IMG/VR virus record: IMGVR_UViG_3300025084_000012
Location: 1-64,000 of that record
Source of the DNA: a virus
Taxonomy: Duplodnaviria; Caudoviricetes
Length of the DNA stretch: 64,000 nt
Direction: 5' to 3' (one strand)
The notes under the pieces are model-generated. The model did no database searches. It had not been told where the DNA came from and was given only the letters and a program-made list of their open reading frames with translations. Shown one piece after another: positions 26,738-35,222 of this stretch. The translations under genes and the position numbers were made by a program. The stretch's first letter is position 1. Each line of letters starts with the position of its first letter.

Positions 26738-27493
26738 ATGACAAAAGTAAACATGAACAGAAAACAGTTGTTGGACTTCCTATCGGAGTTCGGTAAAAAC
26801 ACAGAAGACTTACGTATCAAGTTCGATGATAAACACATGACAGCATCTGTTGCTTTCATCTCGTACTACTTATCGAAGACGAGAGAAGTAGTAGGAGTTG
26901 TGGGAGAAAGTGGTAACCTCGACATCACTGAACTGGTCAAGGTTCGACAGTTTCTCAAAGCAGCGAAGGATGATGTGGTGAACATCTCACAGACAGGTTC
27001 AGCAAAGACACTGAACATTACATGTGGGTCATCTAAGATTACTATGCCTACGTCTTCCACAATCATTAGTGCGGCTAAGGCTACACTCTTTGAGAAGTTG
27101 ATTGAAGAAGCCGAGACAAGTAAGTGGACAAAGTTCCACTCGTGTGACCTGAACGTATCAGGAACCATCACACTGGATGAGTTGTCTACTGTATCGAAGA
27201 TGAGAGGTATTCTCAACAGCAGTCCTATCTTCAAGGTTACAGCCAATGCGAGTGAAAATGAGTTTCTCATATCTTCGGGCAAGAGGCATGAAACCAAGTT
27301 GTTCACTACACTTGAGTTGCGTGATTCCACTGGTCCAGTTACTGGGAGCGTGAGTTCTACATTCGGTTCATGGCTGATGGATAACATAGCCCTTCTCGGT
27401 AAGGGTGAGGCTACCATACACATGGGTGAAACGACTATCATCGCTCTTGAAAAAGACGAAGACCTACTTGTTATCGTAGACCAAAGAGCGTGA
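26738..27493 (+). CDS. pcn: Probable DNA sliding clamp (PCNA-like, divergent)
   Basis: 251 aa with two internally similar halves and an alpha-alpha-beta pattern; between ATPase and polB in an operon with RFC. Confidence 0.6.
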   Translation: MTKVNMNRKQLLDFLSEFGKNTEDLRIKFDDKHMTASVAFISYYLSKTREVVGVVGESGNLDITELVKVRQFLKAAKDDVVNISQTGSAKTLNITCGSSKITMPTSSTIISAAKATLFEKLIEEAETSKWTKFHSCDLNVSGTITLDELSTVSKMRGILNSSPIFKVTANASENEFLISSGKRHETKLFTTLELRDSTGPVTGSVSSTFGSWLMDNIALLGKGEATIHMGETTIIALEKDEDLLVIVDQRA

Positions 27494-27497
27494 TTGA

Positions 27498-29906
27498 ATG
27501 ATTATCGACTGGTACTACCCTGCTGACTCCGACAACTTCGGACAGCCTAATCTCTACTTACGGACTCGTGACAAGGATGGTGTACTGCATGAAGAGCACA
27601 TATGGCCTGAAGACAAGAAGTACGTAAAACCACATTGTTGGATTCCACTAAACACACCTGAGTGGAAACTTAATCGTATGCTCGCTCGATACCCCAGTGC
27701 TCGGATTCATCGGAACATTCGTGCTGCTGGTATTGACAAGAAGACATTGATGAAAGTTGAGGTAGACAGACCTACTGACTTGTGGGACATCAAAGACGAG
27801 ATGCCTACTTATGAAGCAGACTTGAATTACCTTGACCAAGTGCTACTGAAACTCTATCCTGAGAAGTTACCTGAGTTCAAGCCACGAGTGTGGTATTTTG
27901 ATTTGGAGTGGGATGTCAAGGATGACTTCACATCCGTCATGGCTATCGTGGACAGTGACCTTGAGAAGCCTGTTGTATTTGCATGGGCTGATGAAGAAAA
28001 AACCAATTGTCCTTATCCAATACACATCGAAAGCGCAAGATACAGAACAGTGCGTGATGAAGATTACATACTACAAATCCACCCCTCCGAAGCGGAGATG
28101 CATGAAGCCTTCATTGATTTCTTACACAAGCGTGACCCTGACATTCTCGTAGCCCATGCTCTGATGTGGGCTGACTTACCGCACCTGATGCGTAGACTGA
28201 AAGACCCTGACCAACTTTCACCACTCGGTCAAGTGATTCGACCATTCAAGGGTAGAGATGGTTACAAGGACACTCAACAACCCATCAAGGGTAGACTGTG
28301 CTGGGACTCAGCGGCTCACTGGAAGAGTGGGAGTGGCTTTGAATCGCTATGGCAAAAGTCAGGACGTGGACAACTACCTAACCGTAAGTTGAATACTATA
28401 GCGGAGTTGCTTGAACTCGGTAGTAAACTGACAGAAGAGATTGAGGGTATGACTGTTCACAATGGTTGGTATGAATACTGGAGTGAGTTCGTAGATTATT
28501 GTCTTCTCGATACCACGTTACTGCGTGACATTGACAAGAAACTCAACGCCATTGATTTCTTCGTTGCTACTCAGCAATTGTGTGGTGTCTCGTGGGCGAG
28601 CACACACAAAGTCACTCGATACTTTAGAGGGCTTGTTGGTAGAAGGACGGATAAGAAAGCCAAGAGTGCTATCAACAATCGACGTGAACAACTCACTGCC
28701 GCCCACATTCCTGACCCTATAGCGGGTCGCCATGAGGGTGTAGCCATTGTGGACTACGCTTCTCTCTATCCTAACATCATTCTCTCCGACAATCTATCCT
28801 ACGAGACAAAGCGTGAGCAACCTACAGAGACTACCAAGACGCTGGGCGATGGCTCACACTGGTGTCAGAAGAAGAAAGGTCTACTCCCTGCTATCGTAGA
28901 AGAGATGCTTGAATTGCGTGCTGAATACAAGAGACTCATGCATGAGGCTACAGACCCTGATGAGAAACTCGGTTACGACATGATGCAAACAGCGGCGAAG
29001 GTTCTCGTTAATGCACTCTACGGTATGACTGGGATGAAGTTCCTTCAAGGTATGTGGGTAGACAACGACATAGCAGCCGCTATTACCCACAGAGGGCGTG
29101 AGTGTATTCACCATCTACTGGCTGAGAGTGAGGAGCAAGGTTACAAATCACTCTATGGTCACACGGATTCGGCTTTTATCCAAGTACCCTTTGACGAAGC
29201 AATATCACTCGCTGAGCACTTGACTGAGACTGCTAAGAACAAACTTGAGTTACCAACAATGGAAGTTGAACTTGAGGCTTACTTCGATTACTGGACTACT
29301 GCTCCAGTGAAGAACCGCTACTTTGGTATCAAGACGTGGCCTGAGAAAAGCAAGGGTGAGATGAAGATTGCTGGTTATGAAATCAAAGCCTCCAGTTCTT
29401 CACGTATAACTAAGCGCATTCAAAAGGTGGCTATGGAAATGATAGGCACTGGTGCTGATGAAACAGCCGTCACAGATGTACTGAGAGAGATAAGTCTCCA
29501 AGTCAAGAACGGTGAGATACCGATTGAGGACGTGGCTTGCTCGTCTCGATTGACGATGGACTTTAGGGATTACAAGAGCCTACCCGCACCTGCAAAGGCC
29601 GCTATGTACTACAACGAACACGTTGCCACTAACGCCGAAGAGCGATGGAGTAAAGGCGACAGTGTATCATGGATTTATGTCAAGGGTTTCAATGATGATG
29701 TCCCTGACTACTACACACTCAAAGGAGAGCGAGCGAAGGTAAACTTTGTTGCTTTCCGTGATAAAGCAGAGTTGAAGAACTATTCTATAGACTGGGACAA
29801 AGTGCTCAGTGTTATGGTTAAATCTAAACTCATGCGAATCTATGAGAGCCTTGACTGGGCGCTTGATGCTGCTTCGGGAGTGACAATGCCAAAGTCATAT
29901 TTTTGA
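27498..29906 (+). CDS. polB: Family B DNA polymerase with 3'-5' exonuclease
   Basis: FDLEW, YCLLD, DYASLYP, KVLVNALYG, YGHTDS, KNRYF. Confidence 0.97.
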   Translation: MIIDWYYPADSDNFGQPNLYLRTRDKDGVLHEEHIWPEDKKYVKPHCWIPLNTPEWKLNRMLARYPSARIHRNIRAAGIDKKTLMKVEVDRPTDLWDIKDEMPTYEADLNYLDQVLLKLYPEKLPEFKPRVWYFDLEWDVKDDFTSVMAIVDSDLEKPVVFAWADEEKTNCPYPIHIESARYRTVRDEDYILQIHPSEAEMHEAFIDFLHKRDPDILVAHALMWADLPHLMRRLKDPDQLSPLGQVIRPFKGRDGYKDTQQPIKGRLCWDSAAHWKSGSGFESLWQKSGRGQLPNRKLNTIAELLELGSKLTEEIEGMTVHNGWYEYWSEFVDYCLLDTTLLRDIDKKLNAIDFFVATQQLCGVSWASTHKVTRYFRGLVGRRTDKKAKSAINNRREQLTAAHIPDPIAGRHEGVAIVDYASLYPNIILSDNLSYETKREQPTETTKTLGDGSHWCQKKKGLLPAIVEEMLELRAEYKRLMHEATDPDEKLGYDMMQTAAKVLVNALYGMTGMKFLQGMWVDNDIAAAITHRGRECIHHLLAESEEQGYKSLYGHTDSAFIQVPFDEAISLAEHLTETAKNKLELPTMEVELEAYFDYWTTAPVKNRYFGIKTWPEKSKGEMKIAGYEIKASSSSRITKRIQKVAMEMIGTGADETAVTDVLREISLQVKNGEIPIEDVACSSRLTMDFRDYKSLPAPAKAAMYYNEHVATNAEERWSKGDSVSWIYVKGFNDDVPDYYTLKGERAKVNFVAFRDKAELKNYSIDWDKVLSVMVKSKLMRIYESLDWALDAASGVTMPKSYF

Positions 29907-29915
29907 GGTGACAAA

Positions 29916-30059
29916 ATGAAAAAGACAAGACAAACAACACTGGACGAATACGGACTGACAACTGATGGGCGAAGACAAACCAAACTCACTGAGTTTGGAA
30001 TGACGTTTGAAGTTGATATAAAAAGGAACAGTAAAGATGAGGTTGGTGAAGAAGAGTGA
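29916..30059 (+). CDS. 47-aa microprotein with two PIP-box-like motifs (not in ORF track)
   Basis: GAGGTGA SD; MKKTRQTTLDEYGLTTDGRRQTKLTEFGMTFEVDIKRNSKDEVGEEE; stop overlaps the next GTG. Confidence 0.7.
   Translation: MKKTRQTTLDEYGLTTDGRRQTKLTEFGMTFEVDIKRNSKDEVGEEE
30012..30030 (+). promoter_or_regulatory. 19-bp TATA element, copy 11 (one mismatch)
   Basis: GTTGATATAAAAAGGAACA. Confidence 0.7.
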
Positions 30060-30421
30060 CAGAAGAAGAGACTTTCAAAATTAAGTGTGCTAAGATTGCA
30101 GGTAAGATTGTGAACCTACTTGCTGAGAAGAATGCTCAGTATGGTGACAGTGCCTTTGACCCTATCCGCTTCTTCAGCGACCTTCCTCCTGATGCTGGCT
30201 TAAGAGTTAGGATTGATGACAAACTCAGTAGACTCATGCGTGGAAACGATACAATCGAGTCTGACGTTGATGTGATTGAAGACCTGATTGGTTACTTCAT
30301 CCTCTTACGCCTGACGATGGATGATGAGGAAACAGTTGAGGCATACAAGGACTCAGAACTTAACAAGTTGAAGCCACGTTATCGTTTTCCTCTGCCTAAC
30401 AAATTTGGTAAGGAGTGGTGA
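30056..30421 (+). CDS. Nucleotide-modification-associated domain 1 (Nmad1/DUF1599-like) protein
   Basis: KNAQYGDS...RIDDKLSRL...DLIGY. Confidence 0.75.
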   Translation: MTEEETFKIKCAKIAGKIVNLLAEKNAQYGDSAFDPIRFFSDLPPDAGLRVRIDDKLSRLMRGNDTIESDVDVIEDLIGYFILLRLTMDDEETVEAYKDSELNKLKPRYRFPLPNKFGKEW

Positions 30422-31383
30422 GAATGCGCTGGAATCCTAACGAGGAAGAAGATGTTCCTTACAAATATCCTGAGATGCTTGAGTCATACGATAAGAGTCT
30501 ATACAACTGGCAACCAGAGATGAGTGACAAGATACTTCGTATATCGAAGTCGTCACTCGGTACATTCGATTTTTGTCCTAAGCAGTATTACTTTGAGAAG
30601 ATACTGGGGATGAGAGGTGAAGAGGTAGACCACCATATTCGTGGTTCTAACGTCCACGACGCAGTAGAATGGTTTTGGAAAGCATCGACTGAGAGCCTAC
30701 CAGCGGTGAACGAACTCATCGCTGAAGGTAATATCAACGTAGCAAAGAAGGAGTTGCGTAAGTCATTACCCAAGCCTCCTACGCCCTACGTTTTTGGTGA
30801 AGAGCCACAACTCAACCTGTATGTAGACTGGCAATTTGAGCGCTTACTGCATATGCAACATAATCCAAAAGACTGGTTCCCTATCGCTAATGAAGCAGAA
30901 GTTCACTCAAAGCGAATCGTAGTAGCCAGTGACGGAACAGAAGTACCGATTCACATGAAGGGTTACATTGACCGTATCTTCATTGATGAAGACCATACTG
31001 GAAGTGTTCTGATGGAGTTGAAGACTGGTAAGTGGGTTCCTCGTAAGCGTTCTCAGATGCGTGCAGAGATGCAGTTCTATCGTATGATGTTGGAACACAG
31101 TCCTCATATCGAATACCTACCAGTTGTTGGCTGGGGTTGGCAGTTTCCCGGTGGGGGCATCAACGGAGGCGACGGCCCTCTATGGGATTACGAGAGCGTA
31201 AAAGGCCCGGGTGGTCGATACGCTCCTAAGACAGTAGAGAAGAGACTTGTACGATTAGTTGATGCACACTTGAACGACGATTTCCCTGCTGAGGCTCACG
31301 AGGCTAAATGTGCTTGGTGTGACTTCATGGAAATGTGTCCAGCGTGGATGGGTGATTTAGCGATTGACCCTGAAGATATGTGA
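30415..31383 (+). CDS. Cas4-like PD-(D/E)XK exonuclease
   Basis: SKSSL..F..CPKQY, GYIDRI, ELKTGK, Q..FY, CAWCDFMEMC (Fe-S ligands). Confidence 0.85.
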   Translation: MVRMRWNPNEEEDVPYKYPEMLESYDKSLYNWQPEMSDKILRISKSSLGTFDFCPKQYYFEKILGMRGEEVDHHIRGSNVHDAVEWFWKASTESLPAVNELIAEGNINVAKKELRKSLPKPPTPYVFGEEPQLNLYVDWQFERLLHMQHNPKDWFPIANEAEVHSKRIVVASDGTEVPIHMKGYIDRIFIDEDHTGSVLMELKTGKWVPRKRSQMRAEMQFYRMMLEHSPHIEYLPVVGWGWQFPGGGINGGDGPLWDYESVKGPGGRYAPKTVEKRLVRLVDAHLNDDFPAEAHEAKCAWCDFMEMCPAWMGDLAIDPEDM

Positions 31384-31392
31384 GATGATAAT

Positions 31393-31692
31393 ATGGATAG
31401 AGAAGGACTGTTCGTTGCTTGTAGACTCTTAGAGGCTGCACTGGGTAAGATATGGCCTTCCTACAATTTTAGAGTTGAGTCATCCCTTCTCTCAAAACGA
31501 ATTAAAGTTCACACCACATCAAGGATATTAATTGAGAATTATCATGAGGATATAGGTGACGTGGCAAGTTTACTCTTTGAAGTCATCATACATCCATCAA
31601 GGCTGAAGTTAGAGCACATCAACGACACCTTAGACGATGTTATCACTAAAGTGTTAGAACGAGTCACACTCATAGAAAACGTAGAGGACTGA
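31393..31692 (+). CDS. Hypothetical protein
   Basis: ORF in the gene train. Confidence 0.6.
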   Translation: MDREGLFVACRLLEAALGKIWPSYNFRVESSLLSKRIKVHTTSRILIENYHEDIGDVASLLFEVIIHPSRLKLEHINDTLDDVITKVLERVTLIENVED

Positions 31693-31696
31693 TACA

Positions 31697-32809
31697 ATGG
31701 GATTCATTTCGCTGGACTTCCCTCGTGAAGTGCTTGAGATAGCATCGAACGGGAAGCAGGGTGGTCGTTATTGTGTTAAGGACTGGGAAGAGTTAGAGCG
31801 ATACTGGAAAGGCAAGAATGGTAGCGGTAACGTCTACTTCACAGCATACGGCTATCGTGCGACCAAGCCACCAAGAAACCACAGAGTAGACTACGACACA
31901 CCTATCATCCGTCACTTCGTCATGGACTTCGATTGTAAGGACTTCAAGCAGAGAGGAGCAGATGTAGATTTTCCATTCATGCACGAACAGGTTAAAAGGC
32001 TACATCGTTTTTTGCTAAGCGAAGACATTCGACACTTTGTATGGTTTAGTGGTGGTGGGTTCCACGTTTGGATTCCTCTACAAAACATACACACTCCTTC
32101 AGATGGTTACAGTGTAGCACGAGTCAAAGAGGGTGGTAGAAAACTGATTAGTCAGTGGCACAAGAAACTCTCTCTTTCTTGTAACGACCCTACTGTTGCT
32201 TTCGATACGTCAGGTATGATTCGCATTCCGAACTCATACAACAGCAGAAGAGGATGTTGGAGTATACCAATGGACAGCGACTCGATACTCAACTTGACTT
32301 ACGATGAGATTATGGAGAGAGCACAAACACCAGTTAGTGGTTACATCGAGATTGGTAAAAAAGATATTAACATTACAGTGACAGACCGTAAAAGTCCATT
32401 CAAGAAAACGGTGGAGAAAGTAGAAGGTTTACCTGACATCACATTAGGTTCTACGATTGTCTTACCTTGTCTTGCTCAAGCCGCATTAGGTGAGGGTAAC
32501 CCTACTCACAAAGCAAGATTCCATCTTGTCACATACCTCGCAGCGAGGTTTCGCTGGTTCTACCCAGTGGCCGCTGTGAATGATGAAGACAAGGCTGAGC
32601 ATGTAGAATTGATATGCCGTATCATAGAGGAACAAGGATGGGTTGATTACAACCCTCGTATTACTCGTGAGCAGGTAGAGAACATCGTTTTCGGCGGTGC
32701 TGGTAACAGCGGTTACTCAGCCGCATCGTGCGCTACACTTGAATACGATGGACTATGCAGCGGAAGATGTCGCTACTTCGACGGTAGCATAGGTGAACAA
32801 CATGGGTAA
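31697..32809 (+). CDS. priS: Archaeo-eukaryotic primase: PriS catalytic domain fused to a PriL-like Fe-S domain
   Basis: MDFD, FSGGGFHVW, RIPNSYN; LPCL...H.ARF.L..YL...SCATL...LC. Confidence 0.85.
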   Translation: MGFISLDFPREVLEIASNGKQGGRYCVKDWEELERYWKGKNGSGNVYFTAYGYRATKPPRNHRVDYDTPIIRHFVMDFDCKDFKQRGADVDFPFMHEQVKRLHRFLLSEDIRHFVWFSGGGFHVWIPLQNIHTPSDGYSVARVKEGGRKLISQWHKKLSLSCNDPTVAFDTSGMIRIPNSYNSRRGCWSIPMDSDSILNLTYDEIMERAQTPVSGYIEIGKKDINITVTDRKSPFKKTVEKVEGLPDITLGSTIVLPCLAQAALGEGNPTHKARFHLVTYLAARFRWFYPVAAVNDEDKAEHVELICRIIEEQGWVDYNPRITREQVENIVFGGAGNSGYSAASCATLEYDGLCSGRCRYFDGSIGEQHG

Positions 32810-33038
32810 GAAAAGATTGATTAAATTAATTAAAACAGCATTGAGAGAAGAAGGCAACCTTTCCGTAGAAAGTATCATCACTGTGTTCCAAGACAGATGG
32901 CCTCGACAGACCCCATCGACCTCTGAAATGGCAAGCATCCTTACAAAGAACCCTGATTTTATTGTGATAGATACGTTCAAGAAACAATCAGCGATTAGCG
33001 GAACACACTCAGCATACATATGGGGATTGAATAAATGA
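32793..33038 (+). CDS. Small winged-helix-like protein
   Basis: 81 aa, helix-helix-beta pattern. Confidence 0.55.
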   Translation: MNNMGKKRLIKLIKTALREEGNLSVESIITVFQDRWPRQTPSTSEMASILTKNPDFIVIDTFKKQSAISGTHSAYIWGLNK

Positions 33039-33742
33039 AGCCTGACCTAATTATTGACTCAAACGAGAGAGGCTCTCTCTGTGAATCAATTGAGCGTAGA
33101 GCGAAGAAAGAGGGTTTGAATGTTGTTAGACAATCCCTCGTTGTAGGCGACTACCTCTTGGGCGCTGCTTGCGTAGAAGCAAAGAGTGTAACAGACCTGT
33201 TTCAATCAAGTTACAGTGGTCACCTATGGCGACAACTCGACAACATGGATGCGAACTACGAGCGCTTCTTTCTTGTCATTCATGGTACGATAGCCAAGTA
33301 TGTAGCCTTCGCAAAGAAGCAAGGTCGATTCCTAACTCATAGTAGGGTGCAAAATGAACTCACTGGTACGATTGCTCGTATCATGGCTGACTTCGACTGC
33401 CAAGTTTTCTTCACTTCTAACGTAAGTGAAGCCGCTATGTTCGTCACGAAGTTACACAACAAGTTGCACAAACCAGCCAGTAAGCATGGCGCTCACGCTA
33501 TCCGTAGAGTATCTACAAATGATGTGAGAGTAGACATGCTACTCACTGTTCCCGGCGTAGGTGCTGAGTTGGCTGAGCGCTTACTTGACAAGTGTGGTAA
33601 CTTGGAGGAGATGTGCTTCCCTGATTCGTTAAAGCAAGTAAAGGGACTTGGAGATAAGAAAAGACAACTCATTGTCGAGGTTTTGACCAGCGAGACACCT
33701 GTTCACATTCAACGAACTGTTAGGCGCAAGAGGGGTTCTTAA
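33035..33742 (+). CDS. xpf: XPF/ERCC4 structure-specific nuclease with HhH2
   Basis: IIDSNE, VGDY, VEAKS, VPGVG...VKGLG. Confidence 0.88.
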   Translation: MKPDLIIDSNERGSLCESIERRAKKEGLNVVRQSLVVGDYLLGAACVEAKSVTDLFQSSYSGHLWRQLDNMDANYERFFLVIHGTIAKYVAFAKKQGRFLTHSRVQNELTGTIARIMADFDCQVFFTSNVSEAAMFVTKLHNKLHKPASKHGAHAIRRVSTNDVRVDMLLTVPGVGAELAERLLDKCGNLEEMCFPDSLKQVKGLGDKKRQLIVEVLTSETPVHIQRTVRRKRGS

Positions 33743-33769
33743 AGCAACATCGTGCTACATGTTTGTGAG

Positions 33770-33777
33770 TTTTTTTT
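33770..33777 (+). terminator. Oligo(dT) archaeal-type terminator candidate
   Basis: T8 run after xpf, just before promoter copy 12. Confidence 0.55.
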
Positions 33778-33781
33778 GAAA

Positions 33782-33800
33782 GTTGATATATAAAGGAACA
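33782..33800 (+). promoter_or_regulatory. 19-bp TATA element, copy 12 (G variant)
   Basis: GTTGATATATAAAGGAACA; ATG at 33816. Confidence 0.85.
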
Positions 33801-33815
33801 GTAGGAAGTGAGATT

Positions 33816-35222
33816 ATGAGAGAAGCACAAGATTACATGGCGGTCAAGAACTACCCGTTCTTTGACGGTTATGTTGAAAGATTTAGTAGAACGAGTATCG
33901 ACAATGACATCCCAGCGATGTTATCATTCTTCTACATTCAGGGACAAATAGCAGCGCCTTTCGTTCGTATACCGTGGGACGCAAGCCACCTTGACCCTCG
34001 TGTGCATGTCTTTTGGATTCAACCATCAAGAACTGGTAAGTCAGTTGCTTGGGAGTTCGTAGGTGATGTGCTGAAAGACTGTGGACTTCAACAAGACATG
34101 TATACTTCAGGTTCAGATGCTGGACTAATTGGCGGTGTTACTAATGAGACAGTGGTAGATGAGAACGGTAAGAAAGAGCAAGTCGCTGTGCAAACAGAAG
34201 GTATGCTCGCTGGACAGAAGGCGCTCAACTTTGACGAAGGAAGTATCATCCTCAATCCCGGTAAGCACTCGCAAGAGACTGTTCTGTATCTACAGTCAGC
34301 CTGTAACCCGATTGGTAGTAACTCAAACATCCTTGTCAAGCACTTGAGTGGTCGTCGTATTGAGACTGAATCACTTGTCTCGTTGTGGATTACAACCTAC
34401 CCACCTGCTGGTGTTAAGGAGTATGTTTTAACGAAGGGTATCTTCCAGCGAGTTCTATTGTATTGGTCTGACTGGGATATGGACAGGCGTATGGGAGTCA
34501 GTGTGAAACGTATGGAACGTGCGTTTACAAAGACACCAAAGCAAAAGTTATCCTACGATGAAATCATTGACTACTTCACTGGGCTTGAAAAGCGACTGCG
34601 TGACCGAGTTCTAAACCTGACTGAGATTTCATTCACTGAATGGGATGGTATGACTCGTGAAGAACAGGAAGATATTGTTCAGTCTGTTATGAACGAGATG
34701 TTCACAGCAGACGAGTCATTCTATGTGGCTACATACGACTTGGTTGAGGACTTGTATTCGCTACTGGATGGTTTGAACTTCGCTATCGGTAACGTCGTTG
34801 CGTCGTTTATTCCCGCTATGGAGAACTACTCAGTTATCCTCGCTACTCACATCGCCATGATGGATGAGAAGTGGGTTATCACTGGTGAGCATCTCGACAT
34901 GGCTAAGGAGATTATCTACGACTTGTTCAAGAATCTGATTCTATGGCTTGAAGGTGAGGTCGAAGTCGGTGCTAAACAGAATGAGAAGGCTAACCATGCG
35001 AAGAACTGGACTACTGCTTACAACGTCGTCTCCTCAGTTGAACTGGATAAGAAAGGCGAGGGGTGGAGAAAGAAGGCCGCTGTCATCAAGCAATACTGTA
35101 TCGCTGAACAAGTTACTCGTGGCACTGCATTCAATCGCTTCTCCAAGTGGGGCGCTCACTTGTTCGATGCCGCTAAGGATGGCTCTACCGTTTACATTCG
35201 TTTGAAGGAGGTATCGCCATGA
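33816..35222 (+). CDS. MCM-like AAA+ helicase, short N-terminus (start revised from 33783)
   Basis: DPRVHVFWIQPSRTGKS, YTSGSDAGLIGGV, GML....LNFDEG, FQRV; C-terminal wHTH-like. Confidence 0.7.
   Translation: MREAQDYMAVKNYPFFDGYVERFSRTSIDNDIPAMLSFFYIQGQIAAPFVRIPWDASHLDPRVHVFWIQPSRTGKSVAWEFVGDVLKDCGLQQDMYTSGSDAGLIGGVTNETVVDENGKKEQVAVQTEGMLAGQKALNFDEGSIILNPGKHSQETVLYLQSACNPIGSNSNILVKHLSGRRIETESLVSLWITTYPPAGVKEYVLTKGIFQRVLLYWSDWDMDRRMGVSVKRMERAFTKTPKQKLSYDEIIDYFTGLEKRLRDRVLNLTEISFTEWDGMTREEQEDIVQSVMNEMFTADESFYVATYDLVEDLYSLLDGLNFAIGNVVASFIPAMENYSVILATHIAMMDEKWVITGEHLDMAKEIIYDLFKNLILWLEGEVEVGAKQNEKANHAKNWTTAYNVVSSVELDKKGEGWRKKAAVIKQYCIAEQVTRGTAFNRFSKWGAHLFDAAKDGSTVYIRLKEVSP

Noticed and set aside
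26866-27441. 191-aa antisense ORF, plus similar shadows at 7289-7735, 15539-16033, 24195-24638 and 45429-45944
   Set aside because: They overlap well-supported genes on the opposite strand and have no motifs; expected from codon bias
23309-29906. Inteins or introns in RFC or PolB
   Set aside because: Protein lengths and motif spacing are normal; no splice-junction motifs seen
30415-31383. Cas4-like gene as a CRISPR-Cas system
   Set aside because: No cas1, cas2, effector or array; solo Cas4-like nucleases are common in viral replication modules
33735-33749. Partial element GTTCTTAAAGCAACA
   Set aside because: Lacks the TATA core and spans the xpf stop; not counted as a promoter
857-33800. 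19-bp repeats as a CRISPR array
   Set aside because: Dispersed 0.4-7 kb apart with genes between them; no regular spacers
858-33815. ORF-track N-termini MIYKAT/MIYKGT at 858, 11887 and 33783 (and internal at 10214) look like a shared peptide motif
   Set aside because: They are translations of the promoter element (TTG ATA TAT AAA); better ATG starts lie downstream
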